This document shows, one piece after another, positions 35,532 to 45,031 of a stretch of 56,617 nt of DNA. The notes beneath the pieces were generated by a model, which saw only the letters and a list, made by a program, of their open reading frames with translations, searched no databases and had not been told where the DNA came from. Each line of letters begins with the position of its first letter. Position 1 is the stretch's first letter. The DNA is from Prorocentrum cordatum (Eukaryota): contig CAUYUJ010000082.1 in the NCBI GenBank assembly GCA_963575745.1, positions 62,001 to 118,617 of the forward strand, in the 5' to 3' direction. The position numbers were made by a program, and so were the translations under genes.

Positions 35532-36920
35532 TTGTTACATGCCACCGGTGAAGCCGCGAGGGCAGGTGAACAATCACAAATGGGACTTGACTTTTCGGCA
35601 ACCAGCGGGCCTAAAGCCGCGCTGATAACCGATGGAACGATCAACCTTGATCATCCTGACGGACATGTGTACAATCACTGCGAAGACCGCTCGATCATAA
35701 TAACTTTGCTCGGGGCAGAGGCTCGGGCAACCGCGGCCCAATACGTGGTCGAACACGCTGGCGCAGACCCGAATAACCCTGGCATGGTAATGCTGCAAGG
35801 AGAAGCGAAACATGCGGTCCCGCCAATTATCAAGACCACAATGGATGACAACTGGTTGGCCCCTGTACAGAAGATGCAACTGGGTCTGCGGCCTATATGG
35901 AATTTTGCGGTTGTCAGTGAAATTATCAGCTCCTTCATATCAGAAGGACATTTTGTTGGATACCCGGGGCGAATAATTCGTCCCGATGTAGCGAGCACAG
36001 AAAATATTTCAACGAAGCAACGGACAGATGTGTATGCTCTGGACTGCCGTATTCGTGTTGCTGTTCAAACAGATGACATAATAGAGAAATGGGCCCGCAA
36101 TATGGGCAGGAAAGTGCAGAACGATGTCCGTTGTCAGGGTGCTCTCATACAAGAAGCCATTTTTGGGCTTCAGGACAAATATCCTGATCCTGGAACAGAG
36201 ATCCAGGATAAAGGGGATGGGCCCTTCCGCACTGCATGCGGAAAGTCTGGCGTCCCAGCGGCGACTGCTGCTAGGAGTTTATTACAAATTATGCGAGATC
36301 ATAGAACCGATGATCTGTACCACGACGGCCAAGCCGACCTCGTGGGGCCGAGAAGGGCACCGGATGAGGCGAAGGCTAGACCTTTAACGCCTCCCCCGCC
36401 GATTAGACCTGACGTCCCAGACGTTCGGGTTCCTGATGATGCCACCGAGTCCCCGCGGTCTGTCGCCGGCTCAGCCGTGACGACAAGAGAAGCATGCCCG
36501 CAGTATCCCAACACTTGGGATCGGTCGGTGCCCTGGCGCGCGCGCGATGGCGGCATGGGTGCTGGCGGCGGCGCTGCTGGCTACGACTACGTCTACGACC
36601 AGTCCCTGTCCTACCCGCGCTACGTAAACAATGTTCATGTCGGGTTCTATGTCCACAGGGGCCGGGTCGCGTGGCTGACCGACGAAGAGTGGTGCACTCT
36701 GGATTACTGGCACATACTGTCTACGTATGAGCACGACAATCGCTCCCCATCCAGAAGGAAGTCATCAAATAACAAGGAGAAGAACTACAGTGCTTCAGAT
36801 CAGGAGCGTTCCCGCTCGCCTCGCAGCGGAGAAGGATACACTGGAGGCGCGGCGTCGTCAAACCCGCCGCCGCCCGAGCCGCCCGTGGAAGGGTGCAGCC
36901 CGTGGGGGGGCCTGAACTGA
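35532..36920 (+). CDS. Last coding segment of the LTR element, unknown function
   Basis: 462 open codons of ordinary complexity, on the same strand, ending 285 bp before the 3' LTR. Confidence 0.55.
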   Translation: MLHATGEAARAGEQSQMGLDFSATSGPKAALITDGTINLDHPDGHVYNHCEDRSIIITLLGAEARATAAQYVVEHAGADPNNPGMVMLQGEAKHAVPPIIKTTMDDNWLAPVQKMQLGLRPIWNFAVVSEIISSFISEGHFVGYPGRIIRPDVASTENISTKQRTDVYALDCRIRVAVQTDDIIEKWARNMGRKVQNDVRCQGALIQEAIFGLQDKYPDPGTEIQDKGDGPFRTACGKSGVPAATAARSLLQIMRDHRTDDLYHDGQADLVGPRRAPDEAKARPLTPPPPIRPDVPDVRVPDDATESPRSVAGSAVTTREACPQYPNTWDRSVPWRARDGGMGAGGGAAGYDYVYDQSLSYPRYVNNVHVGFYVHRGRVAWLTDEEWCTLDYWHILSTYEHDNRSPSRRKSSNNKEKNYSASDQERSRSPRSGEGYTGGAASSNPPPPEPPVEGCSPWGGLN

Positions 36921-37196
36921 GTATTGCCCGCGTGACTCAGTCGCTGCAGGCGCATGCGAGAAAGTTCTCATCCACGCGCGATACGCGTGATGGATGAGTA
37001 TTACCTCAACTGGCCGGTGAAGCCGGACCAGCGGAGAGAATCTATTTAACATGATGGTGGGAATCGTCGAGCTTCTTCGGCCCTTGGCCCCCTGGCAGCC
37101 ACCGTTGAGCCGTAAAAGTTTTTGGGGTTGGGTCCGGTGGTTGTGTATATGTATAGGCCAGGGGTGCCGTGGCTGGATGGGTTCTACGAGGCCCGC

Positions 37197-37205
37197 CGCG
37201 GGGGG
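37197..37205 (+). promoter_or_regulatory. Short polypurine tract (G6) before the 3' LTR
   Basis: cgcGGGGGG immediately precedes AGTAA. Confidence 0.6.
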
Positions 37206-37548
37206 AGTAAATATGCTCCTCTCCGCCTCATATTCAATTAGAGCTTAAGATAACTTGTGTGCTTCGCACTGTCTGCCTGAACTACTGCTGCATCCTGCAG
37301 CTGTATTGATTGCTCAAACAAGCCAGCCTTGGCTTGCGGGATAGAAAAGGAGCGCGCCAGCCCTCGGCCGTCGCGCGTCGTCGGTCGTAGGCCAGCCGGC
37401 CTCCTCCCTATACATTCCTGATGGAGTAATCTTGCTTAACGGATACTTGTCTTATCGATGTCTCATCCCGCCCCCTCTCTCCCTGAGCAGAGTGAACGTG
37501 AGATCTTAATTCCTTTGGCATCTTATCCCGATTCTCAGAGGAAAGACT
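37206..37548 (+). repeat. 3' LTR
   Basis: Direct repeat of 14766-15108, followed by TSD CTGAG. Confidence 0.96.
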
Positions 37549-38033
37549 CTGAGGGCTACAGCACTCTGGTGGGGCATGGCTCGAGGACTGAGGGCTGAGG
37601 CTCGCTGATCGAGGATCCAGGATCTTGGACGCTCTTGGCGTCTGGTAGCCTCTGGGGGCCTCCAGAGGCTTCTGCGGAGATCGCCGGAGCCCTCCGGAGA
37701 CTTTTGGGGGCCTCCGGAGACTTCCAGTCGGCGGTCCTCAGTGCTCGGTCCTCGGTGCTCGTCCTTGTCTTCGTCCTCGCCGTTGTCTTCGTCTTTGTCT
37801 TCGTCGTCGTCGTCGTCGTCGTCGTCGTTGGCGTGGTCGTCAAAGTCGACGCCGACGTCGTCGTCAGCGTCGTCGCCAACGGGCTGGGCGGCGCGCGCAG
37901 GCGCGCGCGCGCGGTGCGGCGCCTCCGAGACGCCTCTCGTGGCCAGTGTCGGGCGGGGGCGCTCGGGCCAGTCGTTCGCTCCTCTCTGGAAGGGGGCGCC
38001 CTCCCTGCGTTGCAGGGGCCAACCCTGCCCAGT

Positions 38034-38225
38034 CTTGTGGAAGTCGATGAATGGAGAGGAAGCATGCTGCCAGATCATTTCCAGGTGTCTAAAACATGTT
38101 TCAAACATGTTTTAAACATGTAAAAACATGTTTGGAACGTTTTTCGAACATATTTCACACATCTTAAACACACAATTGATCCAATGACAGGATTGTTAGA
38201 GTGTCCATTGTCATGGCATCCACAA
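38034..38225 (-). repeat. Inverted copy of the dispersed repeat at 1619-1800
   Basis: See 1619-1800. Confidence 0.85.
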
Positions 38226-39059
38226 GCCTCGTCGATGCACCGCGCTGAGGGGTGCGACGCCTTCGGCGCGTGGCGCTTGCGCGCGGCGGGTGCCGGTCCG
38301 GGGTGGACTGGCGGGGGTGGCGACCCTCCCCGAACGTGCGAAGCGCAGAGTCTCCACCGACGCCTGCCTCCAACGCCATGAAAATGTCGAGGCGGAGTTT
38401 TTTCGCAATTTCTGGGCTTCGGGAAGAGAAACCATGGAAATGGCTTCTCATTCCAGTCTTTCCGAGGCCATGGAAAGACAAGCCAGGGCGAACAGAAACA
38501 GCCCGCGGGAAGGGAACGAGGCCTTCGCCTTCCCCCTTCCCCATGCTTCGCCTTTCCCTGTCCCCCCCCCCTTCGCCTCTCCATTTCCTTCCTCTTCCCC
38601 CTTCCTCTGTCCCTCTGCCTATGCCCCTCCTCCTTAGCCTTTCCCTTCCTCCCCCTCTCCCGCCTCCTCTTCTTCCTTCTCTCATCCTCTGCCGTCCCTG
38701 GGAAGTCCGACGGACCTGTTGCCTTGCGATGCATCCAATTCTCGCATGTCTCGCACCGTGCGCTATAAACCTTCACTGAATTTAGTGGGATGGTGCTTTC
38801 CTGCGCACGGCATATCGCGAACCCACGCGCCTGCCGAAACGGGGAAGCCCCCCGTTTTCCCAGCGTGCCTTCATCATAAGCGTCCATAGGGTGCCATTTA
38901 TAGACGCGCTGGTCTACTTACTTAGTGCCTCTCGTTATGTTTCGTTTTCGTCGTTCCGTCTTTTTTGTTTTAGCTATAGCTCTAGGTGTAGCTCAAGCTC
39001 TGGCTTGCGCTCGGTCGCCGACTGCTGGCCCAGCTTTCGATCTCTGCCTCGCACTTCCT

Positions 39060-39060
39060 C

Positions 39061-39121
<61 letters not shown>

Positions 39122-39157
39122 TTGTCAGCCAGTCTGCCTGCCAGTCTGCCTGCCAGT

Positions 39158-39210
<53 letters not shown>

Positions 39211-39280
39211 TGCTTGCCTGCCTGCCTGCCTGCCTGCCTGTCCGTCTGTCTGTCTGTCTGCCTGTCCGTCCGTCCGTCCG
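39060..39280. repeat. Compound tetranucleotide microsatellite (CTGT)n(CTGC)n(CCGT)n
   Basis: Directly visible. Confidence 0.95.
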
Positions 39281-40450
39281 TGCGTCGACACCGTTTCGGC
39301 CTCCGCGCTGCGTGAGCTGGCACGGCCCGTGCGCTCCTGCTGGACTTGCCTCACGCCGCGCCGCCGCGCGCGCGTGGCCGCGACGCCCAAAAGGTGTGGC
39401 GACTGCGTCGGCCACGCGCTCCCGCTCGACTCGCCCCACGCCGCGCCGCAGCGCGCGCGCGTGGCCGCGACGCCGAAAAAAGCGCGTCGACTGCGCCGGC
39501 TCAGTCGCGCAGGTTCCCTGCTGGACATCGCCTCGCTTTGCCGCCCCTCTCCGGCCCGCGTTCGCTTTGCATGCTCCCACCGCTCGGGAGCACGCCGCTT
39601 GTGGTTGCACACGCACACGCGCACGCTTACTTCGGCCGCCTCGCTGCATGCGTGCCGTCTCCAGTTCGGTCGACACGCCTCTGCCTGCCCGCACGGGACG
39701 GAGCTTCTTCGTCTTGCGTCGCTCTCTAAGTAGACTGACTTCCATCCACAAAATAGGGTGCAATTCACACCAAAGCGCCCTGTCATTGTTCAATCGCGAT
39801 TGTAGTGACACATCACCAACGGAGGAAGACTGTCTGTCTGTTTGTCCGTCTGTCAGTCTGTCTGTCCGAATCGAATTCTGGGGCGCTCGTTATTCCCCGC
39901 CGCCCTCCTGGAGCCCCCCATGGGAGCCGCTTTTGTCCCAGGTTCGTCACCTTCGGGCAGACGCACATCAAGTTCTGGCAGCGTGGGCCTCAGCTTTCGC
40001 ACCCTCCTCCTCGTACTTCCTGTCCGCCCTAGGTTGTCTTCCCTCGTGGTCGCTCCGCGTTGTTCCGTCCCACCCCTCGCCCTCCTCCATACCCCCTCGT
40101 CTCTCCTCTCACTTCTCTCCTCTGTCCTCCCACTGTTTTTTATTTTTTTGTTGTTGTTGTTTTCTGTGTGTGACTATGTGCAACTCAGAACTACAATGTT
40201 GAAGGTGGTTGGTTTGGAAACGTTGACATGAATGCGTTCACTGTTCTTTCGGTCAGCCATGGCCACATGAGTGTTAGCCGCCGTGAGGCATCGAGCCCTC
40301 TCTTATGCATTTTCTGTTCATGGGGTTCTTCACAATGAACGGAGCACCACAGCATGAGTAGAGTCTATGCTGAGCGGGGGAGCAGTGCTGTAGTAGTGTC
40401 TGGAAGGACAGGTGGAGTGTGACGCCACGGAGGACTTCGGGACATATGTA

Positions 40451-40630
40451 CTCCAGATTTCGTAATAAAGGGAGGGGGGTCTCATTTCGGGGGGGGTCTC
40501 TTCCAGGCTATCTTGGAGGGCCTGGGGGGGTCTGGGGACGATGTTTTGGAGGGTTCTCCCACGGGGGGGGGTCTAAAACTTCTCGTCTGGGAGGGTTGAG
40601 ACCCCTTCCCTTTTATTACGAAATCTGGAG
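40451..40630 (-). mobile_element. MITE, second copy of the 3398-3583 family
   Basis: TA|CTCCAGATTTCGTAATAAAGGG ... CCCTTTTATTACGAAATCTGGAG|TA; the interior is the reverse complement of copy 1. Confidence 0.85.
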
Positions 40631-40937
40631 TAGTATGACTGTATCATGAAGCCTGTGTCCCAGTTGTTGCCTCCGACTCCGCGTCTCAGGTCCGAGTGGG
40701 GGCCGCAGTCTTCGGGCTGTCTGGGAGCTCACCGATGACTCCTCCTCCTCCTCCTATCATAATGCCATCCGTGCCCAGCGCTCTGTCTTGCATGCGCGTC
40801 TTGACAAGTTCCGCCAGTGGGTCTTACAGTGGGACCGGCTAGGCGGCGGAGGGCTCCACACGAGGCGGAAGGACAAGCCTGTCTTCGCAGGGGGAGTGAG
40901 GGCCTGAGGTGGACCTGCTCTCGACTCCTGTCAGAAA

Positions 40938-41390
40938 ATGGAAGCACGTGGCAAGATTCGGAGTCTCAAGTGGAATGGGGGCCCGTCCACTTTTCAGCGT
41001 GTTTTTGACCTTTGGAGGAGGGCCCAGCCCAGAGCCAAAAAGCAGGAGCAGAGGGAGATCTCGGTGGATCACCTGACTAGGCTCATCTCGGCACTACCAG
41101 AAATGGCGCCAGGTGTGGACCAGATGTCCAAGCGAGATTTTTCTTGGTTGCCTAGAGCTGGCTTGGAAGACCTGACAGGCGTGCTCTCGAAGGTTGAGAG
41201 GTGTTGCCGCTGGCCATGGCAAGTTCTAGTCATCCTTGCCACTCTGCAAGTCAAAGATCTCGAGGCCGACGGGGCCATCGGGCTCCTAGCGTGATTTGTG
41301 CGCTTCTGGGGCAGAGTGCGCAACTCGGACAGGGCGGCTTGGACGGGAGACACTGCCAGGACGTGGGACACAGCCCTCGCAGGGTCGCGG
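40938..41390 (+). pseudogene. Fragment of a LINE reverse transcriptase N-terminal region
   Basis: APGVDQM..WLP..VERCCRWP..K..AIGLL*..RFWGRVR..W..WDTALAG resembles non-LTR RT domains 0-2; truncated by repeats. Confidence 0.65.
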
Positions 41391-41646
41391 GCGGGTCGCG
41401 GGCTCGGTCCTGGGTGGGTTGCGGGTGGGTCGCGGGGTGGGTCGCAGGTGGGTCGCGGGTGGGTCGCGGGGTGGGTCGCGGGTGGGTCGCGGGGGCGGGT
41501 CGCGGGTGGGACGACGACAACAACAAACAACAAACAACAAACAACAAACAACAAGCAACAAGCAACAAGCAACAAACAACAAACAGCAAACAACAAACAA
41601 CAAACAACAAACAACAAACAACAAACAACAAACACAACAACAACAA

Positions 41647-41680
<34 letters not shown>

Positions 41681-41775
41681 TACAACAACAGCAACAACAA
41701 CAACAACAACAACAACAGCAACAACAACAACAACAGCAGCAACAACAACAATAATAACAACAACAACAATAATCC
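41381..41775. repeat. GGGTCGCGGGT-type minisatellite followed by (ACAA/CAA/CAG)n tracts
   Basis: Directly visible. Confidence 0.9.
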
Positions 41776-41984
41776 GAATCGCGGAATGCCACTTCAGCAA
41801 CGCATCCAGGGACAGCGAATGACCGTTCGGTTCAGCCCCCTCACTCTGATGATGGGAAGCGCGCTTAGACTCGAAGAGTCGCGCGACGGACGTGTGTGAG
41901 TCCAGAGGGATATGTTCATCAAATGGGGAGGTGCAGGGGATTGGTTCGGGATCGCACCGGGAGTCATGACTGGTCATATTCCCA

Positions 41985-42740
41985 GCATGAGCGTTTCGCC
42001 TGAGACATTCTAGTTCAATCGCGACGTTTGGTGCTCTACCGTAAGACGTCTTATGCTATCAATGTGTGTTTTGATTGAGAAATCTTCAGGCCATAGGGAT
42101 GCCGACCTCGCTGGCCTAATTTTCTGGTCTTCTAAAATCGGGCTTCCGCCTGAGACATCTTCGAACACATCCGATGTTGAACAAGCTGGTTCAAGAACCG
42201 TTATGTTAACACTGAAGCTCTCGTTCAAGATATCCTCGTACAAAAGAGATGTTCCAATCGCTGGCGGAACCTTCGGATCTTCAAAGCTGGCGCTCTCGCC
42301 TCAGACATCCTCAAGCAATCAGATGTTTCAATACCTGTTGTACGACATCTTTTTTTGGGGGGGGCGGGCGCTGTTGGAGGACCCCCAAGACGGCTCAACA
42401 AGCGACACCATTGAACAGCCACTGGTTTTGCACTTACAATTCTCAAACATGCCTTCGGGCGGGTCTTCGAGCACATCAGCTTATGATGAAGATGCCGATG
42501 ACGGCGTCAGAACTTTAACAATGAGCGTTTCGCCTGAGACATCCTCGAACCATGCAATTCGCAAAGAGCTGTTTCGAGACATCTTTTCGGAGCGCCCGTG
42601 GATGACTTCCAAGATAGTCCATAAAGCGAAACCAGTGAACAGCACATACATGGTCATACTACTTTTGGTCGAAGGTAAGCGTTTCGCTCGAGATATCCCC
42701 TCAACAATGCCTTCGGACGGATCCTGGAAGCCATCAGGTC
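41985..42740 (-). repeat. Satellite-like repeat with recurring GCGTTTCGCCTGAGACAT, related in inverse orientation to 12220-13590
   Basis: Motif at ~41992, ~42143, ~42291 and ~42525; the reverse complement gtctcaggcgaaacgc is at ~12755. Confidence 0.6.
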
Positions 42741-43173
42741 ATGATGTAGATGCAGGTGATGACGATGACGCTGCTGCTGCTGATGATGATGCTGATGATG
42801 CTGATGAAGATGCTGATGATGCTGATGATGCTGATGATGACGATGCTAATGATTGTGATACTGCTGATGCTGCTGATGATGACGACGACGATGATGATGA
42901 TGATCATGACGATGATGATGATGCTGCTGATGATGATGATGATGATTGTGATTAGGATGAGGATGATGATGATGACGATGACGACGATGATGATAATGAT
43001 GATGCTGAGGCTGATGATGATGAAGCTGATGATGATGACGAGGTCTATGATGATGCTGATGATGATAATGCTGCTGCTGATGATGATGATGACTGGTGAT
43101 GGTGACGATTATGACGATGATGATGTTGCTGATGCTTGTGATGATGAGGATGATGATGAGGATGATGATAACT

Positions 43174-43217
<44 letters not shown>

Positions 43218-43229
43218 AATGATGATGAA

Positions 43230-43278
<49 letters not shown>

Positions 43279-43621
43279 CTGATGATGGTGCTGCTGATGC
43301 TGATGACGATGATGCTGATGCTGTTTATGATGATGATGATGATGGTGATGCTGCTGATGATGACGCTGATGATGTTGATGATGCTGATGATGACGACGAT
43401 GATGATTATGATGCTGTTGTTGTTGATGATGATGATGCTGATTATGCTGCTGCTGATGATGATGATTCTTATGATGATAATGATTATGATGATTTTGATG
43501 AGGATGAGAAGGAGGAGGAGGAGGATAATGACGATGCTGCTGCTGATGCTGCTGCTGCTGATGATGAGGATTATGATGCTGGTGATGGTGGTGATGGTGG
43601 TGATGATGATGCTGATGATGT

Positions 43622-43683
<62 letters not shown>

Positions 43684-43685
43684 CC
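42740..43685. repeat. Degenerate (GAT)n satellite
   Basis: Directly visible. Confidence 0.95.
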
Positions 43686-43696
43686 GACAGAACTTT

Positions 43697-44105
43697 ACGG
43701 CACGGCAGACCACAGCAGCCGGGCAGCTCAGCACGTCAGCCCGCAGGAACGTGGCACACCATAGGAGCACAGCAAACCACAGGAGCATGGCATACCACGC
43801 TGGCAGACCACAGCAGCATTGCAGACCTCAAGAGCACGGCGACGACTACAAGAACACGGCAGACCAGCACGGCAGACCACAGCAGCACGGCAGACAAGCA
43901 CGGCAGATGACAGCAACACGGCAGACAAGAACGGCAGACCGCAGAAGTATTGCAATTGCAACATAGCACGGGGGACCACAGCAGTATGGCAGATAAGCAT
44001 GGCAGACAACAGCAACATGGCTGACCAGCACGGCAGATCACAGCACAGGAATATGCCAGAGCAGCACGGCTGACCACAGCAGCGTGGCAGACCAACACGG
44101 CAGAG
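43697..44105 (+). repeat. Minisatellite of CACGGCAGAC/CACAGCAG units ending exactly at the spliced leader
   Basis: Repeated cacggcagac-cacagcag variants. Confidence 0.85.
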
Positions 44106-44127
44106 TCCGTAGCCATTTTGGGTCGAG
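44106..44127 (+). other. Relict dinoflagellate spliced leader (DinoSL)
   Basis: TCCGTAGCCATTTTGGGTCGAG matches DCCGTAGCCATTTTGGCTCAAG at 20 of 22 positions. Confidence 0.9.
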
Positions 44128-44144
44128 GCCGGCTCAGGGCTCCA

Positions 44145-44450
44145 TGGGCCCCGGACCATGGCGCGGGAGAAGCTGCCCGTGCGGCGGCCGACAATCTGGT
44201 GAGACGGCTGGAGCGCGAGCTGCGGGAGGCCCGGGCGGTTCTCGCCAGCCTTCGCTCGCAGCTGGTGTGCGGCTCGCAGGGCGACGCGGAGGCCGAGGCC
44301 CTTCGCCGAGAGGCCATCGCGCGGCCCGCCCTGGTGGAGCGCGCCCGCGGGCGGCGCGAGACCCAAGGGCAGCGGCTGCGGCGGCACGTCGCGTTGCATG
44401 CCGAGCCATCACCGAGTGCGTGGTCGAGATCTGCGTGGTTGAAATTCTAG
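44145..44450 (+). pseudogene. Short ORF1-like coiled-coil peptide of the LINE
   Basis: RRLERELREARAVLASL..EALRREAIARPAL..RRHVALHA between the SL and the endonuclease; nearby ATGs (44144, 44158) are out of frame. Confidence 0.5.
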
Positions 44451-44469
44451 ACGCTTCGCGTATCCCCAC

Positions 44470-44960
44470 CAGTTCTGGGACCCACTGGAGGGCTGGCCGG
44501 TGGGGTGGGGAGATCTCCTACCACACGGACCCCCCCTCCTGGACCAGCAAGACATGGTACCGGGTTGCGCAGTTGCGGCGATTGTGCAGCAGGGCGAAAG
44601 GAGAATCCGCCTTGTATCCATCTACCTCCCCTCCACCAGGAAGGAAGAAACCCTGGCAGAGATCGCATCGGCTGCGGAACAATGGGAGCCTCTCGACACC
44701 TACTGGGGAGGGGACGCAAACCTGCAGCTCCAACACCCGAGGGACGGGGAGGTGGAGGCCGCTGCCCTTCTGAGGGACATCCTCACCAGCTCCGGCTCCG
44801 TCGCCATCCACATGCATGGCCCAACCAGGATTGACAAGGAAAGTGAATCTCAAATCGACATCTGCGCCTGCCCAATCAATCACATCCACGCATACGACCC
44901 CCGAAAGCTCTGGCGGCTCACGCTTTCAGACCATGCCCTCATATCCCTCGACCCCCAGGG
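44470..44960 (+). pseudogene. Apurinic/apyrimidinic-like endonuclease domain (N-terminus apparently missing)
   Basis: GGLAGGV; LVSIYLP; WGGDAN; PTRI..SQIDI; LSDHALI. Confidence 0.88.
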
Positions 44961-45031
44961 CGCAAGGAGAGCCAGAAGGGACGACACCATGAGGGCTGCA
45001 GATTTGAGGAAACTCCCCAACCGCCGCGCAC

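Larger units (their letters stand above)
14766..37548 (+). mobile_element. Full-length giant Ty1/Copia LTR retrotransposon (22,783 bp), decayed
   Basis: Two 343-bp direct LTRs; TSD CTGAG at 14761-14765 and 37549-37553; PBS and PPT adjacent to the LTRs; domain order PR-IN-RT-RH is diagnostic of Copia. Confidence 0.96.

Noticed and set aside
15109..37205. Minus-strand ORFs within the LTR element, and an env gene
   Set aside because: Antisense ORFs are short shadows of + strand coding; no clear signal peptide plus transmembrane env-like ORF was seen
1619..38225. Inverted repeats at 1619-1800 and 38034-38225 as TIRs of one huge DNA transposon
   Set aside because: Copies are diverged with indels and have no TSD or transposase; more simply two members of a dispersed family
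41201..41900. Poly-Q/N/T/C ORFs
   Set aside because: Translations of the (CAA)/(ACAA) microsatellite
42053..42955. 300-aa ORF
   Set aside because: Lies in a satellite-like repeat (recurring SPETSS from the DNA motif) and runs into the GAT tract
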